A stretch of DNA of 64,000 nt from a virus: the IMG/VR virus record IMGVR_UViG_3300031992_000005, positions 64,001-128,000 of that record; one strand, 5' to 3'. Position numbers and translations under genes: made by a program. The notes beneath the pieces are model-generated. The model worked only from the letters and a program-made list of their open reading frames with translations. It was not told the origin of the DNA and made no database searches. Below are positions 35,981 to 43,765 of this stretch, in pieces (within the stretch, counting starts at the first letter, position 1; every line of letters begins with the position of its first letter).

Positions 35981-36279
35981 ATCAAAAATATTTTACAATT
36001 CGTATCCCAGGCAACTTATTGTCTGATGCTGCAGGAAGTAATTTCCCAATATTATGGAAAAATCTTCCAAGTGAATTAAAGAAACGTCTCCCAGAGTATT
36101 TCCTTGAGAATCTTTTCGTAGTCGATTCAAATGGTGAACTAAAAGAAAAAACCTTTGTTTACTTACAAGAATTAGAGCTCGATGAAGATCTAACAGAAGA
36201 AGTGGTACTGAGAGATTGTCAAGTATTTGATGGAGGAAATATTAATTTCCTGATTGACCCAGAAGCAGATGAAATATGA
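35977..36279 (+). CDS. hypothetical acidic protein (100 aa)
   Basis: ATGA-coupled to the topoisomerase subunit gene. Confidence 0.5.
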   Translation: MNQKYFTIRIPGNLLSDAAGSNFPILWKNLPSELKKRLPEYFLENLFVVDSNGELKEKTFVYLQELELDEDLTEEVVLRDCQVFDGGNINFLIDPEADEI

Positions 36280-36830
36280 TATTAGGAAATTCGCTTGAAG
36301 CAATAGTTGAGGCATGTTACCTAGGAGAATCCCTAACAAAGAAAACAGGAAGAGCTAATATTCTTGTTAATCCTAAAGACTACCTCGACTATATAATTGG
36401 AAGAACTATTATTATCAATAGTAGTGTAATCCCAATTGATACAATCAGGACTCTACAAGAAAATAAGAACAAAATTATCTGTAGAGTTAAGCGTGAGGAT
36501 TTTCCCTATTATCCTTATGTACTTAGAGTTAATTTCAATGTAAGATGGAATGGGCAGGTTCTTGATTGCCCTAAAACCAATATTCCTGAAATTAGCTCTT
36601 GGATCTGGGGATCAGAGGACTTTGAATTGGAATTTGATACCGGCGAAAAACCTGTAATGTATTTCCCAAAAATAAAAGGAATACCAAAGGAACTTCTTAT
36701 AGATGAATGTGGAAATCTGAACTTCCTAGGATGGGTTCTACAACAGGTAGGAGTTAATGTGACACTGGAAACAAAATTTCATGACATGGATATTATAAAA
36801 ACAAAAAAGCTTGTAACATTACCAGAATGA
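36276..36830 (+). CDS. hypothetical protein (184 aa)
   Basis: ATGA-coupled ORF. Confidence 0.55.
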   Translation: MILGNSLEAIVEACYLGESLTKKTGRANILVNPKDYLDYIIGRTIIINSSVIPIDTIRTLQENKNKIICRVKREDFPYYPYVLRVNFNVRWNGQVLDCPKTNIPEISSWIWGSEDFELEFDTGEKPVMYFPKIKGIPKELLIDECGNLNFLGWVLQQVGVNVTLETKFHDMDIIKTKKLVTLPE

Positions 36831-36832
36831 AT

Positions 36833-36949
36833 CCTCCTAAATCCTTATATATGAGCATCACTGACAATAGTGGTGAATTGCAATAATTAGTTTTATATTC
36901 AAATGAATTCAAGAGATCCGTTCGTGAGAATAGATCTCTCTTTTTTTTC
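36833..36949 (+). promoter_or_regulatory. ORF-less promoter-motif / hairpin / T-run mini-cassette
   Basis: Motif tcctcctaaatccttatatatg (36833..36853), then about 58 nt, then hairpin gagatccgttc-GTGA-gaatagatctc (36912..36940) and a T8 run. Confidence 0.45.
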
Positions 36950-36971
36950 TTCCCTGAAACCCTTAATAATG
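36949..36971 (+). promoter_or_regulatory. copy of phage promoter-like motif
   Basis: cttccctgaaacccttaataatg lies 21 nt upstream of the ATG at 36992. Confidence 0.4.
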
Positions 36972-36991
36972 TATTATTAAATAGAAAAATT

Positions 36992-37909
36992 ATGGATTCA
37001 AGACAAAAATTTTTAATGATAAAGCTAGCAGCTCTTGAGAAGAGAGAGTTAGAATTTATAAATCATTCAAACCGTGATTGTCCTCAATGTAAAAAAATCA
37101 AAGAGATTTTTCAGATGGATTTGAATTTGAGGGCCCAAATCTTAGACATGGAAGTATCAGAATTAGAGAAAACAGCGGATGAAATCCTGAAAAGACACAA
37201 CAATATATATCGTTGGCCTCCTAAGCGCTTTAGGGAAATTAAAAAGGAACCTGCCCCAGAGATAGAATCTTATACTGATCCTCTTGAAAAGGAAATAGTA
37301 GAACTGTTAAAAAATCGAGTTGGAATACATATTGTCGACGATGACTTATTAAAAGGTCTGATTGAAAATTCTAAATTAAATGATCATATATGTAAAAAAG
37401 TTGGAGAACCATCAGTACAAATAACTGACGCTGAATTGAGACTAGACTATCGTACCTATCAGATAGAAATGATTACTGAATTTAGTGCATGTAGTTATAA
37501 TAATGAACTGATAATTCCTATTAAAGGAATGTTTTCAGAGGATTTTAAGAAAAATCTGATAGACTACGTTAATAGGAGTGAGAAAATTGATGATGAAATC
37601 CGAGAACTTGGTTTTAGTAACAATGAAATAAAAGATAAGAGAAATATTCGAAAATTAGCGAAAGCTATGTCTTTGGATCAAATCCCAATTAACGTCCGTG
37701 TTTTGGGACTGGCAGTAATTGGTACAGAGTTGTGTTTAGATTTTGGTCCAATACATTTTAAAAACAATACGTCATTACGAATTTATTGGAATGATGAAGA
37801 TTGGGAAGACAACAATCGATATATCAAACTTAGAGACTTACCTATTAAGGTGAAAGAAATAATAGTTAACATCTTAAAACGTAAGAAGAAAAATGCCAAA
37901 CTGGTGTGA
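36992..37909 (+). CDS. hypothetical protein (305 aa)
   Basis: Long ATG ORF with one CPQC pair. No domain recognised. Confidence 0.55.
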   Translation: MDSRQKFLMIKLAALEKRELEFINHSNRDCPQCKKIKEIFQMDLNLRAQILDMEVSELEKTADEILKRHNNIYRWPPKRFREIKKEPAPEIESYTDPLEKEIVELLKNRVGIHIVDDDLLKGLIENSKLNDHICKKVGEPSVQITDAELRLDYRTYQIEMITEFSACSYNNELIIPIKGMFSEDFKKNLIDYVNRSEKIDDEIRELGFSNNEIKDKRNIRKLAKAMSLDQIPINVRVLGLAVIGTELCLDFGPIHFKNNTSLRIYWNDEDWEDNNRYIKLRDLPIKVKEIIVNILKRKKKNAKLV

Positions 37910-38501
37910 TACAACTTACATTTGTGTAGGAAATCCTATCGAGATTCGTCAATTGCATAAAGCAATAGTAACGAATATGAGAAGAAAAACTAGTCGTGTC
38001 AAGAATGATTTTGGCACTCTCTGGTTAGGCAACATTATTGATCAACTCGGCGGTAATTGGAAAGACTGGAATTGTAGAGGTTCAATTCTAAACTATTATA
38101 TAGAAAGAGCCTCTAAAGTTAATTCTAATAAACTTGTAAAACTTACTATTTACCAAACAACTGCTTGGAATGAACAGGAGGGATTTAGAAAATTTATTGA
38201 ACAGAAGTTTCCATCTATCAAAGTCTACTACTTGGAAATAGAACCAGAAGATTCAAGGTTTAGAACAAACGATGATACTGGTAATTATTTTCCAGATCGC
38301 TATCTTATAGATACTCATTGCGGAATTAAGATGTTTAATACTCTTAAAGAAGTAGCTGAATTTGCATCGAAGAAAGTAGAAAAAACAGTAGATGCTAACG
38401 TAGATGCTATAAAGAAAGCTTTAGATGATATTATATTTGATGTAGACAGTAACGAGGAAGACATCTTTTATGAATTTCATGAAATCCAAGTCATCCCCTG
38501 A
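37893..38501 (+). CDS. hypothetical protein; N-terminus resembles the DUF1281/Api92-like MPNWC signature
   Basis: Starts MPNWCDTTYICVGNP. This pattern is recalled from memory as typical of the DUF1281 ferredoxin-like family and has not been verified. Confidence 0.45.
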   Translation: MPNWCDTTYICVGNPIEIRQLHKAIVTNMRRKTSRVKNDFGTLWLGNIIDQLGGNWKDWNCRGSILNYYIERASKVNSNKLVKLTIYQTTAWNEQEGFRKFIEQKFPSIKVYYLEIEPEDSRFRTNDDTGNYFPDRYLIDTHCGIKMFNTLKEVAEFASKKVEKTVDANVDAIKKALDDIIFDVDSNEEDIFYEFHEIQVIP

Positions 38502-39272
38502 AACCCTTATATATGTACCCAGGTATATTATGCCAACCCCAATTACCTGGGTTTGCCAAATTAATCATGTTTTTTTATTAAGAAGACTTGCTCGTGAGAG
38601 TAGGTCTTTTTTTTATCCCCTTAAATCCTTATTAATGTCTCAGAAAAAAGTTTTTTTATGTCATCTTGTATTTGATTTTTTAAATGAATGGCTTGCTCGT
38701 GATGAGTAGGCCATTTTTTTTTATCCCCTTAAACCCTTATTAATGAATATGTCTTTAGGGAGCCTCGGCAATAGTAACCCCGGTCTTAGGTTATCACTAG
38801 CCACGTGGTAACGGGTTACTGGGCTCCCTTTTTTTATCCCTTAAATTCCTTATAATTGGATTAATACTCATATTTTGTTTTTTATTTAATACTAAAGGCC
38901 CACGTCTGTGAAGATATGGGTCTTTTTTTATCCCTTTAGTTCCTTATATATGAACATTTGTTAATAATATTTTAATTGTTAATGTGAATGGTTTGCCTGG
39001 GAAGGTAGACCATTTTTTCAAATCCCTTTAAACCCTTATATATGAGTTAGTCGTGAGAAGGGAGCCATTCGAGTAGTCCGGACCTTGAGACCGTCTACGG
39101 ACGGTAATGGGATTACAGGCTCCCCATTTTTTTTTTCAAATCCCGTTAAATTCTTATATATGTTAAGAACATGGCATAGATTTTTTTAGCATTTAAAGGA
39201 AATTCGCTCGTGATGAGTAGATTTCCTTGCTTTTTTTTCTGTTCCCAGAGAAGGATTTCCTTATAAGTATGA
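38491..39272 (+). repeat. array of 8 promoter-like motifs interleaved with 8 hairpin + T-run terminators; no credible ORF
   Basis: Motifs lie at 38491-38515, 38615-38637, 38723-38745, 38836-38859, 38930-38952, 39019-39044, 39137-39162 and 39242-39271. Hairpins lie at 38517-38552, 38583-38608, 38687-38715, 38758-38828, 38894-38925, 38987-39014, 39060-39124 and 39196-39228. Each hairpin is followed by a T5-T10 run. Confidence 0.7.
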
Positions 39273-39293
39273 ATAGTATAAATTTTAGGTTAT

Positions 39294-40343
39294 ATGTTAA
39301 CAATTGTACCAGATGTTGAACAGGTTGTGGAAGATATTTATATAGAACATATTCAAAAAGGTAAAGGAGTTGGATTGAATTATAGAATTTATCCACTTAC
39401 CCCTGATGGCGGCGATATTTATACAGATACGGGATATATACCAACTATATGTTTTAATAATAATCCATCCACAGCAAAAACATTACCGATCATAAACCTA
39501 GTTTCTTCGAGAATAGATAAATTTAAATCTGGGAATACGGGTAATGCTATGAACGTATTTAACTATTTGAAAAATGACTACAGTCCTAGTATAGGGGTTC
39601 CCGATCTAATATTGATTAGAGAATACCCAATTCCTATAGATAATCCCAACGTATGGAAGAAATATGTAATTAAAGAATTTAAAAATGATCTGAATAATCT
39701 AGATTTTAAATTCCTAAATAGAAGTTTTATTAGTTTAGACGTTTATTCACCACAGCAAAAATTAGCAATAGAAGCAGATTCTAGTAAATATCACTCTGGA
39801 ATTAATGAAAGAAAAGATTGGGTAAGGGACAGATATTTAGAAGACGTTGTTGGAATAGATACAATTCGAATTATGGACTTTATTCCTTCTTCTGAATATA
39901 ATATAAACGAATTTAAAAAGAAACTGGATAATTATAAGATCAATAAAACTAAAGACGCTTATTACCCAGAACCTAAAAAACTTGCTTCTACAGTTTTTAA
40001 TTATAATAATACCCCACTAGTAAAAGAAACTGTTAATTATATAAGAAATTTCGTATACAGGGAAAATCACTTAGAAGATAAGCCCTCTAATAACCTAGCT
40101 TATAGAATTTTATCCTATTTTATGAGTCTTGAACTTAAAATTAAATTTGTGGGAGAAAGTTTATTTACAATGGGAGATTATAAGAATAGAGCAAGAAACT
40201 TTCTAATGACAGTAAAAACTATCATAAATAAAACAATCAAAGATCCAACACTGGAATTTTTAATTTCCGATGAAGATGTCCAATATTATATTGACTGTAA
40301 TTATAAAAAAGGAATTCTGAAGCACTTAATTCCTTACAAATGA
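39294..40343 (+). CDS. hypothetical protein with possible PD-(D/E)xK (DUF559/Vsr-like) nuclease core
   Basis: FISLDVYSPQQKLAIEADSSKYHSG..RKDWVRDRYLEDVVGIDTIRI resembles the ..D..(n)..vEvDG..H...D..R...L...G..v.R pattern. The match is weak. Confidence 0.45.
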   Translation: MLTIVPDVEQVVEDIYIEHIQKGKGVGLNYRIYPLTPDGGDIYTDTGYIPTICFNNNPSTAKTLPIINLVSSRIDKFKSGNTGNAMNVFNYLKNDYSPSIGVPDLILIREYPIPIDNPNVWKKYVIKEFKNDLNNLDFKFLNRSFISLDVYSPQQKLAIEADSSKYHSGINERKDWVRDRYLEDVVGIDTIRIMDFIPSSEYNINEFKKKLDNYKINKTKDAYYPEPKKLASTVFNYNNTPLVKETVNYIRNFVYRENHLEDKPSNNLAYRILSYFMSLELKIKFVGESLFTMGDYKNRARNFLMTVKTIINKTIKDPTLEFLISDEDVQYYIDCNYKKGILKHLIPYK

Positions 40344-40448
40344 TAGTAGCTACAATATAAATATATTTATATAGAGCCGGGGAATAAGATCATTCGATAA
40401 AAAGAACCTTATTCGAAACACTCAATACATATATAAATATAAACAGAA

Positions 40449-40510
40449 GGGAATTATAAATTATCTCCGGCCGGCTTAAGAGATAATAAATAATTCCCTC
40501 ACTTTTTTTT
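40449..40510. terminator. long palindromic bidirectional terminator
   Basis: gggaattataaattatctc-CGGCCGG-ctta-agagataataaataattccc (40449..40498) followed by a T8 run. It lies between convergent genes. Confidence 0.5.
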
Positions 40511-40862
40511 ACTCGATCATAATAGACTTCTTATTTGTCTTCTCATAATCCTTTGGAATAGTAATAGTTAGAACACCTAGTTCAACTTTTGCTTTAATAT
40601 TACCTAGGTCACACCCATAAGGAATCTCTATTCTCTTATTGATCTTATCCGGCCTAAATTCGTGTCTCAACCATTTATTGTTTTTATTAGTAGTGTCGGT
40701 CTTACTTTTAACGATTAAAACATCATCTTCAACAGAAATATCAATGTCTTCTTTATTGAGACCAGTTGCTCTTAATTCAATTACAAAAGAATCTTCAGTT
40801 TCGCTAAGATTCATTAGAGATGCGCTTACCCATGAAGTAGGAAAAAATAAATCTTCAAACAT
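40509..40862 (-). CDS. Hsp20/alpha-crystallin small heat-shock protein
   Basis: FVIELRATGLNKEDIDISVEDDVLIVKSK..RHEFRPDKINKRIEIP..IKAKVELGVLTITIPK. The ATG at 40862 (MFEDLFFP) is preferred over 40901. Confidence 0.75.
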   Translation of the reverse strand: MFEDLFFPTSWVSASLMNLSETEDSFVIELRATGLNKEDIDISVEDDVLIVKSKTDTTNKNNKWLRHEFRPDKINKRIEIPYGCDLGNIKAKVELGVLTITIPKDYEKTNKKSIMIE

Positions 40863-41012
40863 AATTATTATAAATTTTAAAGTTAAACGTATTGGGTACA
40901 TAATCGGTACCCTCTACAGTTAATGCAAATCCCATACCAACCAACATTAACTGACAAAAAGTCAGTTCAGATGACATAAAGTCCTTATCTTTGTATTCTA
41001 AATTTAAAATAT

Positions 41013-42068
41013 ATGAGTGATTTATTAAAGCAACTAGTAAACATTCCATCTCCTACGGGAAATGAAGAAAGAATTACAGAATTCTTAAATTCCGAATTTA
41101 CTAAGAAAGGATTTGAGGTAGAGTTCCAGGACAAGTTTGGAAATATTGCATTTTCAATAGGCTCTAATTGCCCAGGAACAAAGATCCTACTATCCGCACA
41201 CCATGATGAATTAGGATTTATGGTTTGTCATATAACGGATAATGGAGGATGTAGATTGATGAGAACTAGTGGAGAAGATAGAAGAATTCTTCCTGGAGCA
41301 TCACTCTTAGTACTTACAGACAAAGGTCCAGTAACAGGAGTAATTGTTCATAAGCCAATTCATGTTCAAGATGATGAAGAATATGGCGAAGTTACTAAAA
41401 TGAAGGACCTTATCCTTGACCTTGGTTGTAGCAATAAGCAAGAGGTATTAGATATGGGTGTTCATGTAGGAACAAGAGCCGTATTTACAAGAGGACAAGA
41501 AATGATACATTTCGGAAGTTCAGGAAAATACATTTGTGCACCTGGCCTGGATGATAAGATCGGTGTATACTGTGTAATGAGAGCTATGATTTATGCACAG
41601 GAACACGAAGAAGATCTAATTAGAAAAGGTATCAGAATATACTTTGCATCTCTCAGTGGAGAAGAATCCGGTTTAAGAGGAGCTAGAGTAGCAGCTAGAA
41701 GAATTAATCCAGATTATTCCATTGACATCGATGTTACTCCATCTACAGAGGATGACATGGGAATCTCTAAGGATGAATTCGGAGATATCGAATTGGGTAA
41801 AGGCGTAGTAATTGCTTATGGACCAGACAAGAATCTTGAATTGACAGAACTTCTTAGATCTTTAGCTGGTGACAAAGTTCAATTAGAGGCTACTAGAGCA
41901 GGAAGTACTAACACTGCTAAAATACAAGAAAATGCTCTAGACTGCGCAACTGCCCTCTTAAGTATCCCTAATAAAAATATGCATCAACCATTTGAGATTT
42001 GTCACTGGGATGATGTAGAGGATTGTATAAGTTTGTTGGAAAAATATATTTCTCACATTGCAGAATAA
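41013..42068 (+). CDS. M42-family metallo-aminopeptidase (FrvX/PepA-like)
   Basis: LLKQLVNIPSPTGNEE, SAHHDELGFMV, APGLDDKIG, GEESGLRGA and IDIDVTPS, in canonical order. Confidence 0.75.
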   Translation: MSDLLKQLVNIPSPTGNEERITEFLNSEFTKKGFEVEFQDKFGNIAFSIGSNCPGTKILLSAHHDELGFMVCHITDNGGCRLMRTSGEDRRILPGASLLVLTDKGPVTGVIVHKPIHVQDDEEYGEVTKMKDLILDLGCSNKQEVLDMGVHVGTRAVFTRGQEMIHFGSSGKYICAPGLDDKIGVYCVMRAMIYAQEHEEDLIRKGIRIYFASLSGEESGLRGARVAARRINPDYSIDIDVTPSTEDDMGISKDEFGDIELGKGVVIAYGPDKNLELTELLRSLAGDKVQLEATRAGSTNTAKIQENALDCATALLSIPNKNMHQPFEICHWDDVEDCISLLEKYISHIAE

Positions 42069-42073
42069 AATAC

Positions 42074-42105
42074 CTTCCCGAAGTAAGAATAATGCCTTAT
42101 ATATG
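42074..42105 (+). promoter_or_regulatory. copy of phage promoter-like motif
   Basis: cttcccgaagtaagaataatgccttatatatg lies 16 nt upstream of the ATG at 42121. Confidence 0.4.
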
Positions 42106-42120
42106 TAATATATAAGAGAT

Positions 42121-42264
42121 ATGATAGGGATTATATTTTTAGCATGGGTCGCATTGATGATTGCGATTCGTTGCAATGCAGAGAGTATAATAAAGAAGAG
42201 CACTGATGTTCTTGAACAACTAAACTCTTCAAGTACACAACAACAAAATAAAGGGGATGCGTAA
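42121..42264 (+). CDS. small TM/secreted peptide (47 aa), moron-like unit
   Basis: Hand-translated as MIGIIFLAWVALMIAIRCNAESIIKKSTDVLEQLNSSSTQQQNKGDA*. It is flanked by its own promoter motif and terminator. The antisense track ORF 41958..42296 is judged spurious. Confidence 0.4.
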   Translation: MIGIIFLAWVALMIAIRCNAESIIKKSTDVLEQLNSSSTQQQNKGDA

Positions 42265-42286
42265 TCGACTCCCCTAATTTTTTTTT
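42253..42286 (+). terminator. intrinsic terminator
   Basis: gggga-tgcgtaatcgac-tcccc followed by a T9 run. Confidence 0.5.
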
Positions 42287-42309
42287 GCCCCGTCATATCC
42301 TTATTATTG
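42287..42309 (+). promoter_or_regulatory. copy of phage promoter-like motif
   Basis: gccccgtcatatccttattattg lies 21 nt upstream of the ATG at 42330. Confidence 0.4.
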
Positions 42310-42329
42310 TAGATATAAATTTTAGTGAT

Positions 42330-43382
42330 ATGGAAAGATTTTATGAATTAAGTGAAATTACATTATTACCAAAAGCAGTGAATCATGGTTTTCAAAGTAT
42401 TGAGAAATATGATTTTTATGTAGAAGATCTTGAGGATCATACTGGAATTTCAAGAACCTTGCCAATATTTACTGCTCCGAGAGAAAGTATTATCGGGAAG
42501 GATAATGCTAAGTTATTCCAGGATAAAGGAATCCGACCAATTCTTCCGGCATCAGAGGATATTAATGTAAGATTGGAGTATTGTCAATGGATTTTCTGTT
42601 CTTTCACTCTCGGGGAAATAAGAAAACATTTCTGTGAGAGAAAGGCAATATATGATGATAGAACACAACTACACGTCAATATTGAAACAGATAACGGCCA
42701 TTCTGAAGGTCTCCTAGCTATATGTAAAAACCTTCGCCGATTATATGGTGCACAGATTATAATTATGGCAGGTAATATAGGAAGAGATACTACTTACAAG
42801 GAATATTGTAATTCCGGAGTTGATTACATTAGAGTGGGAATAGGAACAAGCTCCTTAGAGGAAGGAGACAATTCAGGTTTTTATTTCCCACTAGGTAGTC
42901 TCTTGGATGCTATAAAAAACTATAAAAGAGTAAACAGTGCAATATTACCTAGACAAACAAAATTAGTGGTCGATGGAGGACTTGAATCTATCACAGATGT
43001 TATAAAGGCCTTTGCATTAGGGGCTGATTATGTCATGATCGGATTTATGTTTGCAGGACTCTTGGAAGCTGCAGGACCACTCAGAAAAAGCGATAAGAAT
43101 AAAGATGGTTCTACAAACTTCAATGTAGTTGATCCAAATTCATTGGCGGGCATGACAGGACCACAACTCAGATCTAATGGGCTCTGTAGACAATATTACG
43201 GGAATAATGAGTTTAATTTCCGAAAATTCTCTCCAAAATGGATCGGAGTAAAGAAAACGTTAGATGAATGGGTACAAGAATTTATCGAAAAATCTTACTA
43301 TGCATTTACTATGTCAGATGTATCTAATTGGGCAGATTTTGGAAGATCAACAACTTACGGAATATCTTTGGGAGGTAGATAA
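42330..43382 (+). CDS. GMP reductase / IMPDH-family TIM-barrel protein lacking the catalytic Cys
   Basis: Collinear with GuaC: ITLLPKA, IMAGNIG, GVDYIRVGIGTSS, VVDGGL and GADYVMIG. The GIGPGSvCTTR loop reads GIGTSSLEEGD, with no Cys. The ATG at 42330 is preferred over the track start at 42285. Confidence 0.65.
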   Translation: MERFYELSEITLLPKAVNHGFQSIEKYDFYVEDLEDHTGISRTLPIFTAPRESIIGKDNAKLFQDKGIRPILPASEDINVRLEYCQWIFCSFTLGEIRKHFCERKAIYDDRTQLHVNIETDNGHSEGLLAICKNLRRLYGAQIIIMAGNIGRDTTYKEYCNSGVDYIRVGIGTSSLEEGDNSGFYFPLGSLLDAIKNYKRVNSAILPRQTKLVVDGGLESITDVIKAFALGADYVMIGFMFAGLLEAAGPLRKSDKNKDGSTNFNVVDPNSLAGMTGPQLRSNGLCRQYYGNNEFNFRKFSPKWIGVKKTLDEWVQEFIEKSYYAFTMSDVSNWADFGRSTTYGISLGGR

Positions 43383-43384
43383 TT

Positions 43385-43732
43385 ATGGAAGAGGATAAAT
43401 TATATTTTTTATTAGGATTATTCGAAGACGATACTCAGAAAGTGAAACATTTTCTAATCACCGCCAAGAATATTAATAGTGCAAGAAAAAAAGTAGTAGA
43501 TTATTATAACGATAATCTAACTACATACCCAAAAGCTCTTGACGCAGCAGGCATAAAATTTCTAAATCCAAGAATCTTAGATAAATATACTTATGGAAGA
43601 GACATGGACTTCTTAGAAGTTTGGAAAGATAAAGTACTGGAGGATGGGTCACATCAATTTACCTTAGGCCTGGATGGAGTATTAGTTGGCGAAATAGATC
43701 CAATAGAAGAAGAAGAATTAATTAGATTATAA
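43385..43732 (+). CDS. hypothetical protein (115 aa)
   Basis: ATG ORF 2 nt after the upstream stop. Confidence 0.5.
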   Translation: MEEDKLYFLLGLFEDDTQKVKHFLITAKNINSARKKVVDYYNDNLTTYPKALDAAGIKFLNPRILDKYTYGRDMDFLEVWKDKVLEDGSHQFTLGLDGVLVGEIDPIEEEELIRL

Positions 43733-43765
43733 AAAAGGTGGGGACATTGCGTCCCCTTTTTTTTT
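43733..43765. terminator. bidirectional intrinsic terminator at convergence point
   Basis: A6-ggtggggac-attgc-gtcccc-T9, between the + and - gene blocks. Confidence 0.65.

Noticed and set aside
38470-38709. Track ORF of 79 aa crossing the cassette array
   Set aside because: It runs through two hairpin/T-run terminators and two promoter motifs. Its sequence is low-complexity (F/L-rich, arising from the T-runs). It has no coupling to neighbouring genes.
38758-38828. tRNA-like reading of the 71-nt element, and of its sibling at 39060..39124, both closed by a 7-bp GGGAGCC/GGCUCCC helix
   Set aside because: The interior folds as one long rod (agtaaccc/gggttact, gttatcac/gtggtaac), not a cloverleaf. 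There is no T-loop (GTTCRANYC) or D-loop signature. Each element is followed directly by a T-run, like the neighbouring terminators.
38491-39272. CRISPR array interpretation of the repeated motif region
   Set aside because: The repeat units are T-run plus promoter-like motifs with irregular spacing of about 90-125 nt. The intervening 'spacers' are themselves related hairpins. The same motif occurs singly upstream of many genes on both strands. No cas genes are nearby.
41958-42296. Minus-strand ORF of 112 aa between M42 and the GMPR-like gene
   Set aside because: It is antisense to a plus-strand unit with a promoter motif, a 47-aa ORF and a terminator. It also overlaps the 3' end of the M42 gene.
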